In this document: in pieces, positions 38,201 to 53,200 of the stretch
Numbering within the stretch: position 1 is the first letter of the stretch
Layout: each line of letters opens with the position of its first letter
NCBI RefSeq assembly: GCF_002113885.1
Contig: NW_018408739.1
Span: forward strand, 109,515-173,514
From: Mizuhopecten yessoensis
Taxonomy: Eukaryota
Direction: 5' to 3'
DNA length: 64,000 bases
Made by a program: the position numbers and the translations under genes
Notes under the pieces: generated by a model
What the model saw: the letters and a program-made list of their open reading frames with translations, nothing else
Told to the model about the DNA's origin: nothing
The model's database searches: none

Positions 38201-41200
38201 AAATCAAATTTGAGTGCGGTGTGCATTTTCCCAATGGCGAGAACCCCGCTCTCTTTGTGTACGACGTGGACTGGTACATCAATGACAACCTTCTGTCGTC
38301 ATGTTCTCATAGCAACGCTGAATACAACGATTTTACCATGGCAACCCGTTTAAAGGAAGAATGTTGGCGGGATTCATACACACTTGGATTCCTGGTAAAT
38401 ATAATATTCAAATGCAAAAAAAAATAAAAAATGGAAAATTTGTTTGGTTCCCTTCATTAAAAAAATTAAAAAAAAAAAAAAAATAGTAGTTCTGTCTTGC
38501 TTTTGATGTTATATAGGTTAGAGACTATCTGCGCATATTTTTTACAGCAAAGGGAGTTATGCAAAAAATAATTTGTTCATTTTATATTTTATTGTTTTCA
38601 AGTACAAACAGTCTGCTATAAATGTACAACCTGGAGCATATCAACTGAGCCGCCATGATGTTTATATCATCAATACGGTAGCATTACTAGTATTATTTTG
38701 AAATAGTCTTAAAATGGCTAACAAACAGCATGTATAATTGTGTTTGTATGAGAATAGAGGAGTAACAGCAATGACACAGGAGCATAGGTTGAAGGACCTT
38801 ATATTTACCATCGTATGGCATTGTAGGTATATAACCCTGCCAAATTCAGATGACATTCATATACATTATGAGGCGATTATTGATGTCATCACTGTTATGA
38901 CGTCATAATTGCTACGTTTGATACGATTGACTTTCCCTAGACAGATGGTGCTCTATTTATTAAACTATGTGATAAATACTATTAGGCGTAATTTATTAAA
39001 TTGTCTTCAGTTTTCCGTCATATGCAATAGAAATGCCAACTGAACAAAGCTAATTTCAACAAAGAGCGTTAGCGCTTCGTGTTAGATTTGCCATTGTCCT
39101 GTTGGCATTCATATTACCTATGAATGACAACTGAAAGCAGTGAAATGCGTAAGTATACAAACATGCGATGGTATGACTATATGGTATATAACTATAATAT
39201 ATGATTTTTTGTGGTTAATAAATAGATTTTAAGTTGATTGATTAACCACATTTACCAAACACAATAAGTACCGTAGGTGTTTTGAAACAATTCACATATA
39301 GACATTTTTGATTTATCACAGGTACGTTGTGCAATTCGACTTCGAACACAATCTGCAGGACTCCTGGGCCAGAAGACCTATAGTGGCTTTTTCAAAGCTG
39401 GATTTGAGGTAATATCATCAATCTACTGTTTATAAATATCAGAAGCACCTGTTGTGGTCTATATGTTTAGGCATAGGTATATGTTCTTCAGGCCCACAGA
39501 AGAAGAATATCTCATGAAAATTTGTGATGTAAACTGAACAAAAGAAATACTAACCTTAGTGTACTGAGCATTTATATTTTAGCTTCATAATTGTAGTTCA
39601 TGCTTTAATCTCACAAGAGGTTTTCAGTGGAAATTCTGTAAGACAAATATTATGTAAGTATTCAAGATCGAACTGACTTTTACCTTACAGACTGACAAGA
39701 GAGAATACTCGGTAGCGGAAGGTGAGTCGGTCGATGTCATAGTGAGGCTCACCGTTCCGCTCGGATGTTTCTACCCAGAGGATGCCCCTGAAGAACAGTG
39801 AGTTACCGTTTTTTAATTTGTGTTTTACGTTCTGTTAACAGCTAAGGTCATTTATGGACGTGCCAAGTTTTGGCGGTGGAGGAAAGTATTACAAATTATT
39901 ACATATGCTACGCATCAGTCATTTTTATGACCCGATATAATTAAAATATTTTAATTGTTTTTTTATAAATATTACGTACTATATATAATGCACTTCACAT
40001 ATAAACTGTGTTATTTCATGACAATTTGGATTCCGTGGTTTAATGGATAGAAGAATATAACATTCAATTTTATCATCAGTTTACGCTGGAGACATCACAG
40101 AATGTCAAACAAGCTAATATAACACTGTTCCAAATTGCTCACCTTATGCAAACAACAGAAAACATATACCACGTGTAGTTATATTTATTTTCATTTCAGA
40201 ATAAAAACACACATGGAGCAAAACTGTATCATAACAATAAGACTTCAAGAAATACCTATTGAAAATGTTCAGTGCGCAAGTGACCCCATTGCCTTGAAAG
40301 ACACTAACTGTGGTCTGACCTTCAACCACACTCACTGGGACACACCACAAACGTTAACAGTATACGGTGCTTCGGACAACCTGGTCAATGTTGGCAGTAG
40401 GTCAATGGTCATTAAGATGGCGGCAAAGGAGTTAGTTCTGTATCACAATGCTTGGAATTCAGCTTCCATACCTAGCGTCCTGGTAGGTATGACTTGTATG
40501 TGATATACATGCAATGTCTTAATAACAAACGTGTCACTGATTGCAATAAGAAATTTACGAAATAATATTGACATTTGTGTAAAATCCCCCAAAAATTTGA
40601 ACCTACCGAATGTAATTTGCGTTGCTAGTACTATGAATGAAATGCCAAGCATTGCTTCAGTCAGGTCATTAATTTTCGTTGTGACATTTGAAATCTCTCT
40701 TCATATAATCCTACCTTCGCCTTTGAATCAATCACTGAAATGACCACGATTGTTGCAAATTATTCCAATAAGTTCGTTTTATTCAGGATACATACAAAAC
40801 CAAAAACAAATATTGAATTTGTAATTAGATTTATTATATTTCATTTTTATTAAATAACAGGGGCGATTTCTAGAAGGTATCTTTCCTAAACTTCTGTCAT
40901 TTGTATCACATTTCACATAAAAAGATAAAAACCAATTGAGACGCAGACAAAGTATAAAAACTATTTTAAGACACATGTATAAAGACTCGCCAAATGTTAA
41001 CCCTTACACCGCCTACCAACGGAATGGATTCAAACTACAAATACATACTGTTTATCGAACGTTCCAGACCTCGAGGCCACCATATATCTATGCATTTACC
41101 GAACGGAATAGCTTATGATGTAATTATAAGCATAGCTTTACTTATGAATCGCATGCCTTCATATTTGTTTGTGTACTTACTTGTAAGTTGTTGTTCGCCA

Positions 41201-44200
41201 TTTATTTTCTAGGTCACTGTTGAAGACTTGGATAAAACCGTTCTATCCGGTGAATGTTACAGTAGGAACGACCCACATATGAGAACATTTGACGGAAGGT
41301 ACATTTTATTAGAGCGTACGGTAAAATGTCAATTTCGGTTTTAGTTGTAATTCGCTTGAATGGATGAAAACGAATGCAATATGATGGTTTAAGCAGAAGT
41401 TATAAAGGGCTTCACCATAAAGTCAAGATATTTGTATTTCGTTAAAACTTTTGGACAATCTAATTTCCAAACTTTTTTATTCGCTTTTTAATTTCTTTTG
41501 CTGATTTATCAAAGCAAACAAAATATATTGAATACATTGATTTCTTTGTTAATTCCACAACGTTTTATGTAACATCATGTCTTTAAACGTTCATATAATC
41601 AAAAAGACATTTCATTTGTTAAGATAAATGATATTAACATCTCCTATGGCTGCGGTTTCGAGTATAATCTATAAAAGCTTTTATTTTTTGCAGGTCCTGG
41701 GAAAACCAAAGAATTGGAGAATTCGTGTTGTATAAACACAATGAAAAACCATATTGGGTGAGACTAATTAAAAAATAATAAAATTTGCTTTTTTGTATTC
41801 TAGCACTATAAGAACATATACATGCTTTTTGTTGATTTTACACGTAGACACTTACATTACATCGTTAGAGACAATATAATATGCTATTTAATCAATTATT
41901 GTTAATTAAGTAATGCTGTTAATTCAGAGAGTTTTGATTTCGTTGGTTACACGATCCCTTCGTATACGTAAAATACATTTGTAGATATACTGTATACCGG
42001 ACAAATATTCGTCCTTTGCCAATAAAGATATTTCAACATCGGGAAAAGCGGATCAACGGAACATTTCTAGCTTAGCAATATCCGTTTCTTTATAAATATG
42101 AGTTTTATAAAAACAGTTGTTGGGATATAGCGTTATATTTTAAGTAAACGACTGCACTCTTCCCTTGCCGGTCCTATTTCTAAAAACCAACGGATGTTGT
42201 TTGTTCCATGTACACTACATGAAATAAATATTATAGTGTATGCTGTATAAAACAAATGCTGTCTGTGTATTTTGATTCCTCCGTCTTTTCGTATTGCAGA
42301 GTTATCTGCTCCTGTTAGCAGGTATGGATTGTTACGTCATTTGTTTGTGAGAGTAACATCATCAATTTTTGAGATAACCACGTAATTTTCTCACACAAAC
42401 CAATGACGTAACAATCAGTACCTGCTCACAAGAGAAGATAATTTTGCAATACGCAAAGATGGATACGTATGATAAGTCATCATTGGTCAACGATGCGGTC
42501 ATTGAAATTCTGCCTTCGGTTTACGCTAGTCGAGGGGCTTATTGTTTTCAAATATAAGCTATATCCTATTATATTTCTTTATATATAATGTAGTTGGGTT
42601 TTTTTGTGTTTTTTTCTGTGTCTCTATAAAGGAGCGGATTGCTCCAGAAATTTGACAACATCCTATTATCTAAAATGTTAGAAATGCTTCCTTGCCCCAT
42701 AAAATCATTCTAATTCTAAGTTATTTGTATACTATAAACATACATTTCCAGTGTTATGTGAGAAGTTACCATTGATGTTACTGCTTTCACCCGTACACAA
42801 GATCAGTCAGATATTATTCCTTAGCATTCGTTTTCAGGTTCACGCAGTCTACCAGCCTTGCAGCGCTCACGTTCCGAACGGAGTCACGTGCAACTGTGGA
42901 GTAGCAATTCGAAACAACGACGCACTTTTTGTAGCCAACTTTTGTAGAGAGAAAATTGGATGGAGTGTTAGCGGGGTAACAAACTCCAACAGATACATAG
43001 AGAAGTCGTTCTGTGACGACACATCTATGACAATTCAAGAAAACGGAAACACTTATACGGTAATTAAATAGTTTAAGTATCAGAGGTGAGTATAGTGGTG
43101 GTGGCAGAGGAACTGGTAATAGTAGTGTTAACGGCACAACTGTTGATGATGCTGGAGGCGGTTGCAGAGGCAGCAGCAGCTCTACAAATGAGGTTTATGG
43201 AATTTTTGTCATATTCCGATTGATAGTCATGATGACAATGCCTAAATAAACCTTACTCTTTTATATCTCTTTTCGTTTTGTTACGTGCAGTCCGAAATTA
43301 GTTATAAAGTATATTGTCTTATTTTATTCTTTTTCAATGTGGAAATAGTAATCAATTGTGTATGACAATAATGCTTCAGATTACAGAAAATCATCGTGAA
43401 CCAATCTTAAATAGGATAGAATGAGGATAGATAAAATATAGCCGAAGCCGTCCTTTTCATTAGTGTAACAATGTAATAATATATAGCGGAACTTGGCAGG
43501 GTCGATCGCCGGCCACACGGTAGTTCATTTGGTTAGAGCGCCCGGCAAAAGTTCAGAGAATCCCTGGGTCGAATCCCGGTGTGGCAGTGTATTTCGCCTT
43601 TTCTGTTACATTTGGTACCCAGCGAGATATACACACGGAAGTTGGTATAGGGTCTCGTGTGTCTTTGGGACGACGGCTTCGTTGAAGAATGGAGGAATGT
43701 TACGGAAATGTACTGGGTCGATCGCCTGTAACTGGTTAACTCTGTTGGTTAGAGCGTCCGTCTAAAGTTTCGAGAGTTCCGGGTTCGAACCCCGGTCTTG
43801 CCGTGCAATTCTCTCCTGTTACCTAAATATATCAATGTATATACGACAAACGTTCATCTCATTCATGTGTTGAGATGTAATTTCGATTGTTACAGGTTAC
43901 ACTACCCACTGGAACTAAGATAACATTTAATTACTACTATCGCTATGGAATAGGCTCCATCATAGTCAAGCCATCTCTTGCTGACTGGAAAAGCTCATCC
44001 GGACTGTGTGGTTATATGGACGGGACCTATGACAAAGAGTTCAAACTGCAGAGCGGGAAGGAGACGGCGGATATAAGGGAATTCGCACTGGACTGGAAGT
44101 TAGTGAAGTATTTTGTTACGAAAGAGCGTTATTCAAATAGTTAGATTTAAACGATTATTCACAAAACTGTACACAGCTTACTATTATGGTGAAAAATTGA

Positions 44201-47200
44201 TGGCAACAAATCAGTTTCGTTTATGGATTACGTTATTATAACATATCTTGCTTGCGTTTGATGCAAACAGTATTATTAACATCATTATGTAAAAACTGGT
44301 CGTGTACTGATAAAATTGTTGTTTGAATAGATGAAGTTTGTCAGTGAATGTTCTTTGTTATAGACATATATCAGAAATAAAATCATTCTGAATACAACTT
44401 ATATCGTTCATATATATATATATATGAGCATAGTCTGCAAAGTAAACATGTTTTCTGCTTATATCATTTATTCCAATAAATACATACATTTGTGGGGGGC
44501 CGGGGGGACCGGGGNTAAAATTACACAGAAATTCACACACACAGTTAACGTGAAATTGTCAATTTCGAAGGAACCAGACATATTTGGTAGTTTTATTTAG
44601 TACAATTTTAAACAAACACACACATATTATATAGATATCGAAATTCTATTTATGTTAAATATTTCTGCAGTAGACAGTAGGTGGTAGTACAGCATACATA
44701 TGCATCAAATCCAATAGCCGTATTTGGTTTGGAAGTATGTATAACACTGTACGTCTAACGGCTACAGTTTCGAAGTCTTGTATATATAGCATATTTAAAA
44801 CATGACAATTGTTAATCTACAATTTCCAACATTATCCTTACAAAACTCAAAAACAAAACTCAAAATCGAGCGATGATAAGTTCCAACACTTCAAAAATGT
44901 GTTTATTTCTTATCATGAATTCAGGTTCAACGTTATATATGTAATTTATTATTACATTATTAATATGTATTAATTAATATATGTTTTTTGTAGGATAAAG
45001 ACTGTCGATCAGTCCCTTTTTAGGGAGAACATTGACCTAACAGACGCCGGATTGACTTTGCCCCGGTTCTGTAAGTGTAGTGAGGACTCGGCTTTCACCA
45101 AAAATGTGACATGTAGTGTCAACACGGAGTCAAATCCATGCGTCACCCAAAGTACGGACGGATTTTTCCAAACTTGCGACTCAACCAGACAAAAAAGATC
45201 GAGTTCCCTTGAGCGGTACAGGAGAGCATCACCGGCCATCGATGTCATCCCTAAATTTCCAATTATTTTTGGGAGCGACATTGATGACGAACCTCAGGTA
45301 TTTAGTGATATAAATATAATTGATTGTTTTCAGTGTCAAACTTAAGACCGTTTCATGCCCAAGGGCGTAGGATAAGGATTTTCAAAGCTTAGAAACCATT
45401 GCGATTGGACTGGCTAACATTTTAAAAGTATCAGCTTTTCCCTAAGTTTTTTTGTTGAATACGGATCTTTCAGCGAGATTAAGCATTCCTCATATTTGCA
45501 AACATTAGCACTAAAAAAGTAATCTCAACAATACACATTTATTTAATTTTTCTGAAATATTAACATGGATTGGCTTGAAATTAAATTTTCATGCAAAATA
45601 TCATTTTTCTTTGAAGTCTCTCTCCTGGAGAAATGGGTGGAACGTAATAATAGCAAGAGTTGCCTGTATCGCCTACCTTACCGCTAGTAAGTTCTTACAG
45701 AAGTGTGCGGAAGTATTGCCATTCACTGCTAGCGGGAATGACGCCGGTGTGACGTCATGCATGGAGGACATACGGGTATGTAAGACATGGAATCCGTGGT
45801 TAAGATAGCCGTATGGGGAAATAGGAAAGACAGGCAAAATCACAGCATGTTCTACCCTCTTAGATTCTTCCATTGCCATAAAACATAACGGTTTTAGTTA
45901 AAAAGCAGGACACACTAAAATCGTTGTCATTGTATATTAATTGAGCTGGAATAAGCTTAAGTTTCTCTGATGCTTTTCATGATTTATCAATCTCTAATTT
46001 CGCAGTCCAGAAAATAGCTTACCACCCATATCTTTCAGTATGAGATGTATCTAATCGACCTTGACATGTATCTGCATTATTAAAACAAGTCATCTCTCAG
46101 GCACATTAAAAATTTCAAATAAATTACAAATTTAGCTGATTACTGAATAAAGACTCATGCATGCTTATAAAACACTCAAATGTTTTATCATTGTGTTATT
46201 TAATTTTCAATATTCGCTATTTATGATAATTCGTGAGTTCTTCGTATTACCGTGACATTATGACCATGAGAGAATAAATGTCTTTCACAAATAAGCAATT
46301 ACAATTATAAACCTTAATGTATATGGCATATTTGGTTGTTAAGCTGATTGGAGATACCAGATACATGGAAACAACTGTGGCATCCCTAGCAACAAGCTGT
46401 CGTCTCATAGCTGTGAAACTTGAAAATCTCACAAAGACAGACTCATCAGACGGAACGCCGGGCAAATCCATACTTGATGAGATGCTAGAACTCGACTGCC
46501 CAAACAATTGTTCGGGACATGGGGATTGTTTTAATGGTAATGACATTCAAAGTTAAAACCATATCTACAAACTATTAAAATGGTTCAATTCGATTTCAGA
46601 TTTCTGTAATAACAAGTTTGTGCCTGGTGAATTGTGCGAGAAAATTACGTCGTTTTCTCAAAAATTGATGACGTTACTCGCACAAACAAGTGACGAAACA
46701 ATCAATACCTGCTCCCAAGAGAAGATAACTCTGCAATACGCAAAGACGGAATACTGTAGACAAGGAAATGTCTGACGCAATTAACGTTCGCCTTTTTTGC
46801 ACTCCCAAATAAGGGCGTATTTATTATGACAACGAATCTTTGAACACATGGAATTTATGATTACACGTAATATTAGCACTGGGCGTACATGAATGTTATC
46901 GGCAAAGAGCGAAAATTGGACTGGGCGAAAGTTTCCCGGTAAACAGAGATGATACAGCTTTTAGGCCATGCACTACTAGGTTTTATTTTCACAACTTGAC
47001 AATCCCTAAAAGTGTTGATCAGGATCATTTATTTAACACTCTGAATAATAGCTGGATGGACTAGCTGTCACTCTGTAGCAAAGTTCACAGTCTCAAACTC
47101 AGTTTAGCTAGACCTTCGAAGTCTGGAGTAACCAAGATCAATAGAACTATTCGATTAAACTCATAATCAATCGGTGCCACAAGCGGTGTGGGAGTTACCT

Positions 47201-50200
47201 ACTCTTACGGGACACCTATTTTGGTGTTTCGGGATCCAATGCATTGTATTTCATGATGATTCATTTTTCAGCGGTTCATGTGATTGTTCGTTATGCGATC
47301 ATGAGATCATATTTCATCCTGCATGTTTTCGAAGTTTTATGAATTTAAACATTGTACATCTGGAAAAATCTCGCCCAATCAAATATTCGCCCTTTTCCGA
47401 TTAAGTAAATGTTCGCCGAATGTTGATTTCGCCCTTCACGTGTGCTTAGTATACATTGTATTTTGTGTACTAATATGCGCTTTCATGATAACGTCGCCCT
47501 CATTGGCGAGGGTGACAAAAAGCGAAAGTTAAACTGCGGCGAACATTTCACGGTGTACGAACATTTCACGGTATTCACTATTTTACTCTCCGTCTAAGTT
47601 AATAATAACCCACTCTAGAGAGATTTTAATAAATATTCTTCCATAGAATAGATGAACAATGTCGGTGTTTTAGTATCCCTCTGATGTATGGTACTCTTTG
47701 TTTTAAATGTGTTCCTATAGGCTCCTGTGTCTGTACTGGAGGGTTCGAAGGTCATGACTGTTCCTTAGAACGGACCATGCCCCCTGTTGTGTCGGCAGAG
47801 ACAAATCCCGGACTTTGTGCCACCGACAAGTATCCTTGCAGCACATTTTACATCTCTGGAGAGAACTTTGCCAGGACGAACGTCACATGTAAAGCTGTCC
47901 ATTTCTCTGTAAGTCGGTTCGTGTTTATCGTTCTGCAGTATTACCAATGACAACGACATCTATTCAGAGATAAATGTTTTAAACCTTGTCATATTACCAA
48001 CACTCGTGGAGGTATTGGTCCACCATGTAAATCATTCTTATGTTCATATTCTGTCCTAGTTTTATCGATTTTGAGTTCGAACTAAGGGTTTGTTGATACA
48101 CGAGATAATTCATTGTATGCGGGAAAGATAATGACATATTATTTGCATTTTGCTATACTAACATCTTTCCTTCTAGAACACGTGGTCTAATTATCTTTGT
48201 ACTTTTTAAAAGTCTCGGTTTAATTTTGTATATTCTGTCCTAAGATAATCGTTCTTCAGTTTGGGTTACTGAATTGCTGGCACTTCGGTATTGCCCATTT
48301 TACCTAGAAGATTGCCTTATATTTATCTTAACAAATAAACACATTCATATCAGATCACTGCGGCTGCCGGCTATACGTTGGATTCCAAGAACGAGACTTT
48401 TCCCGCCGATTCGCTCGCTGGAGGTATTGGTTGTTCGTGTACTGTGCCAGAGTCACTGAGAAGAAAACGATCTGTTGACCCCGACGTTGTCCTTGCTGAC
48501 GGGTTTTTTCTCAGTGTTTCCAACGATGGGGTGACATTTAGTGACGATGTTGTCGTCATAAGGTACAACTCGACATGCTACACGTGCAACACGACTGCCA
48601 TCACGTGCGCAGAGCAGGTACGTTACCTGACAATTCTTAAACATTATGATTTCCGTTGCTTCTCCGATAATCTTATTGACTTTATGGAGAGTACCTTACA
48701 ATAAACTTGCATTCATTCCATATCATTTCATGAATTTATTTGTAGTGAGTTTCATGAAGGCAAATGAAATTGAAGTAACTTCCAACTAGATATTTTTTTT
48801 ACATGATTAAGAAAGCTATTTAACAAAACTTGTGTCATAAAAACAACGAAAGTCAACGTAATACAAGCGTCAGTAAATTAAACGGACAGAACCATTTCTG
48901 TTATGTTAGCCATGCTGAGAGTATGCTAAGACAAACCTTTTTCCTACGGGAATGGTGTTATATACAATGTTTATAGACGAAACAGATTATACATATAATT
49001 ATGGTTGCTACTTATTTTTTTAATTTGCTGAAGACTATAATTTGCATTTCCACATTAAAATATTATGGTAAAAGTATTGACGAATGTAATTAAAACATAT
49101 TACGTTATTGATATGAATTACGGTATATGTTACAATCAATATACTTAAGTATCTATCTGAGGTTCTAATTGTTACAGAGCACCTGCCAGACTACGGTCAG
49201 CTCAAGTTCAACAACGGTTACTTCCACAACACATCGTCAAATGACGTCACCCACAACTATTCAAACATCGACAATTACTACCGCTATACCTAATACTATT
49301 TCAACTAATACTGACGACGCTTCAACTACAACATCTAAACCGACCACAACCAAACAGACAATTTCAACTAACTCCCAGTCCCTTACTACTACATCAACTC
49401 CAACCTCTACATCAGTTAAAACCACTTCACTCACTTCAACAGACTTACCAAATACGAACACTTTACCAACTACATCTCAGACTACGACCGATAGACCCAT
49501 TACAACTACAACTCCAGTTACACCAAATACATCAACTACAACTACTCCACCAACTAAAACTACTCCACCAACTACAACCACTCCACCAACTACAGCCACT
49601 CCACCAACTACAGCCACTCCACAATCTACAGCCACTCCACCAACAACAGCCACCCCACCAACTACAGACACTCCACCAACTACAGCCACTCCACAAACTA
49701 CATCCATTCCACAAACTACAGCCACTCCACAATCTACAGCCATTCCACCAACTACAGCCACTCAACAAACTACAGTCACTACACAATCTACAGCCACTCC
49801 ACAAACTACAGCCACTCCAACAACTACAGCCACTCCACAAACTACAGCCACTCCACCAACTATAGCCACTCATCCAACTACAGCCAATCCACAAACTCCA
49901 GCCACTCCTCCAATTACAGCCACTCCACCAACTACAGCCAGTCCATCAACTACAGCCATTCCACAAACTACATCCATTCCACAAACTACAGCCACTCCAC
50001 AATCTACAGCCACTCCACCAACTACAGCCACTCCAACAACTACAGCCACTCCACAAACTACAGCCACTCCTCCAACTACAGCCACTCCGCCAACTACAAC
50101 CACTCCACCAACTACAGCCACTCCACAAACTACAGTCACTACACAATCTACAGCCATTCCACAAACTACAGCCACTCCACAATCTACAGCCATTCCACCA

Positions 50201-53200
50201 ACTACAGCCACTCAACAAACTACAGTCACTACACAATCTACAGCCACTCCACAAACTACAGCCACTCCAACAACTACAGCCACTCCACAAACTACAGCCA
50301 CTCCTCCAACTACAGCCACTCCGCCAACTACAACCACTCCACCAACTACAGCCACTCCCCCAACTACAGCCACTCCACCAACTACAGCCACTCCACAAAC
50401 TACATCCATTCCACAAACTACAGCCACTCCACAATCTACAGCCACTCCACAAACTACAGCCACTCCACCAACTACAGCCACTCATCCAACTACAGCCAAT
50501 CCACAAACTACAGCCACTCCTCCAATTACAGCCACTCCACCAACTACAGCCACTCCATCAACTACAGCCATTCCACAAACTACATCCATTCCACAAACTA
50601 CAGCCACTCCACAATCTACAGCCACTCCACCAACTACAGCCACTCAACAAACTACAGTCACTACACAATCTACAGCCACTCCTTCCCCCAACTACACTCC
50701 ACAATCTACAGCCATTCCACCAACTACAGCCACTCAACAAACTACAGTCACTACACAATCTACAGCCACTCCACAAACTACAGCCACTCCACAATCTACA
50801 GCCATTCCCCCAACTACAGCCACCCCACAAACTACAGCCACTCACCCAACTCCAGCCACTCCACCAACCACAGCAACCCCACCAACTACAGCCCCTCCCC
50901 CAACTCCAGCCCCCCCACAATCTACAGCCACCCCACAATCTACAGCCACCCCACAAACTCCAGCCACCCCACAACCTCCAGCCACCCCTCCAACTACAGC
51001 CACGTCACCAATTACAGCCACGCCACCAACTACAGCCACTTTTTTTTTTTTTTTTTCCAATTACAGCCACTCCAACAACCACAGCAACTCCACCAACTAC
51101 GGCCACTCCACCAACAACAGCCACACCACCAACTACAGACACTCCACCAACTACAGTCACTCAACAAACTACAGTCACTCCACCCACTACAGCCACTCCA
51201 CCATCTACAGCCACTCCACAATCTACAGCCACCCCACCAACTACAGCCCCCCCACAAACTACAGCCTCTCCACAAACTACAGCCACTCCACCAACTACAG
51301 CCACTCCACCAACTACAGCCACTCCACCAATTACAGCCACTCCACCAACTACAGTCACTCCACCAACTACAGCCACTCCACCAACTACAGCCACTATACA
51401 AACTACAGCCACTCCGCCAACTACAGCCACTGCACAAACTACAGCCACTCCACGTACTACAGCCTCTCCGCCAACAACAGTCATTCCGCCAACTCTAACC
51501 ACTCCACTAATTACAACCACTAAACCACCTATAACCACTCCACCAATTTCAACCATTTCATCAAGTAAAACCACTCCACCAACTAAAATAACCACACCAT
51601 CTCCAACCACTTTATCAACTACCACCACTCCACAAACTACAACCACTCTATTAGCTGATACCACTTCATCAAGTGAAACTACTCCATCAACTAAAATTAT
51701 CTCATCCCCTAAAACCACTACAACAACTAAAATAACTTCGACAAGTAAAACTACTACCCCAACTACAACCACTTCACAAAGTAAAGCTACTACCCCAACT
51801 ACAACCACTCCACAAAGTAAAACTACTACACCAACTGCAGCCCCTTCACCAAGTAAAGCTACTTCCCGAACTACAAAAACTTTAACAACTACAACCACCA
51901 CTAGAGGAGCAACCACTAAACCAAACATTAAACCAACTACCTCTACTATACCTAAGAAAACCTCATCGACCAAATCAACAACAAGAGTTAGAAATGTAGT
52001 GACATCGACGTTGATACCAGATTCGACAACATCAACAAACGCAGAAGGTAAGCTTCTTACACTCATGCTTACATCTCGTCATTGTTTTTACAGAAAAAAT
52101 GGCGTATTAACGATTCCTGAACTACTTCAAAAAACAATTATAAATTGGAATTCTAACTTGCATGTAAATCTCTTCCATGAATATTTTTTTTTCATTTTCA
52201 AAAAGAAAACCCATACTTTGGGGAACTTTTACGACAACGAAAAGCATATCAAAGATAAAAAAAAAAAACAAACACACACAATAATTTGTGAGTAGGAATG
52301 CGACAGAACTGTATTCCAACCCCTTAATATTCGGTTACTATATGATCGCTGTAAAGTTCAATTACGAAACTACCAGATCAGCGGTAGTTTTCTGGCAGTT
52401 TATTACAGAGGATTGTCGGTCTTTTTTAAACATATACAGTCTTAAGGTATATCGTTTTCTGTCAATGATTGTCATTTGATCTGTGCGCCATTGGGGTACA
52501 TCGTTTACTGCCAATGATTGTCATTAATTTAATTTGTGCGCCATTGAGGTACATCGTTTGCTGCCGATGATTGTCATTATTTTAATTTGTGCGCCATTGA
52601 GGTACATCGTTTACTGCCAATGATTGTCATTAATTTAATTTGTGCGCCATTGAGGTACATCGTTTACTGCCAATGATTATCATTAATTTAATTTGTGCGC
52701 CATTGAGGTACATCGTTTACTGCCGATGATTGTCATAAATTTAATTTGTGCGCCATTAAGGTACATCGTTTACTGCCAATGATTATTATTTAATTTGTGC
52801 GCCATTGAGGTACATCGTTTGCTGCCGATGATTGTCATTAATTTAATTTGTGCGCCATTGAGGTACATCGTTTACCTCCGATGATTGTAATACATTTGAT
52901 TTGTGCGGCATTGGGGTACATTGTTTACTGCCGGTGATTGTAATACATTTGATTTGTGCGGCATTGGGGTACATCATTTACTGCCGGTGATTGTCATTTA
53001 TTTGATTTGTGCGGCATTTGGGTACATCGTTTACTGCCGATGATTGTCATAAATTTGATTTGTGCGGCGTTGGGGTACATCGTTTACTATCGGTGATTGA
53101 ACATGTATTACTGATGTCTAATTTCTCTGTTTTCTATTCCAGTTGACTGGTCTAAGATTGCCCTAATCGCGGTCATAGGGACAGGAGCGCTGGCTGTTAT

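Noticed and set aside
43510-43590. Functional tRNA gene (also the SINE heads at 2873, 7132, 37653 and 56622)
   Set aside because: A and B boxes are present, but there is no convincing cloverleaf, and each is embedded in an LTR or SINE body.
44492-44515. G-quadruplex-like G-run cluster
   Set aside because: It abuts an ambiguous base (n at 44515) in AT-rich intron, so it is probably an assembly junction artefact.
49261-52066. Antisense ORFs (VAVVGG and WSGCS repeats) resembling structural or keratin-like proteins
   Set aside because: These are shadow frames of the PTS mucin repeat.
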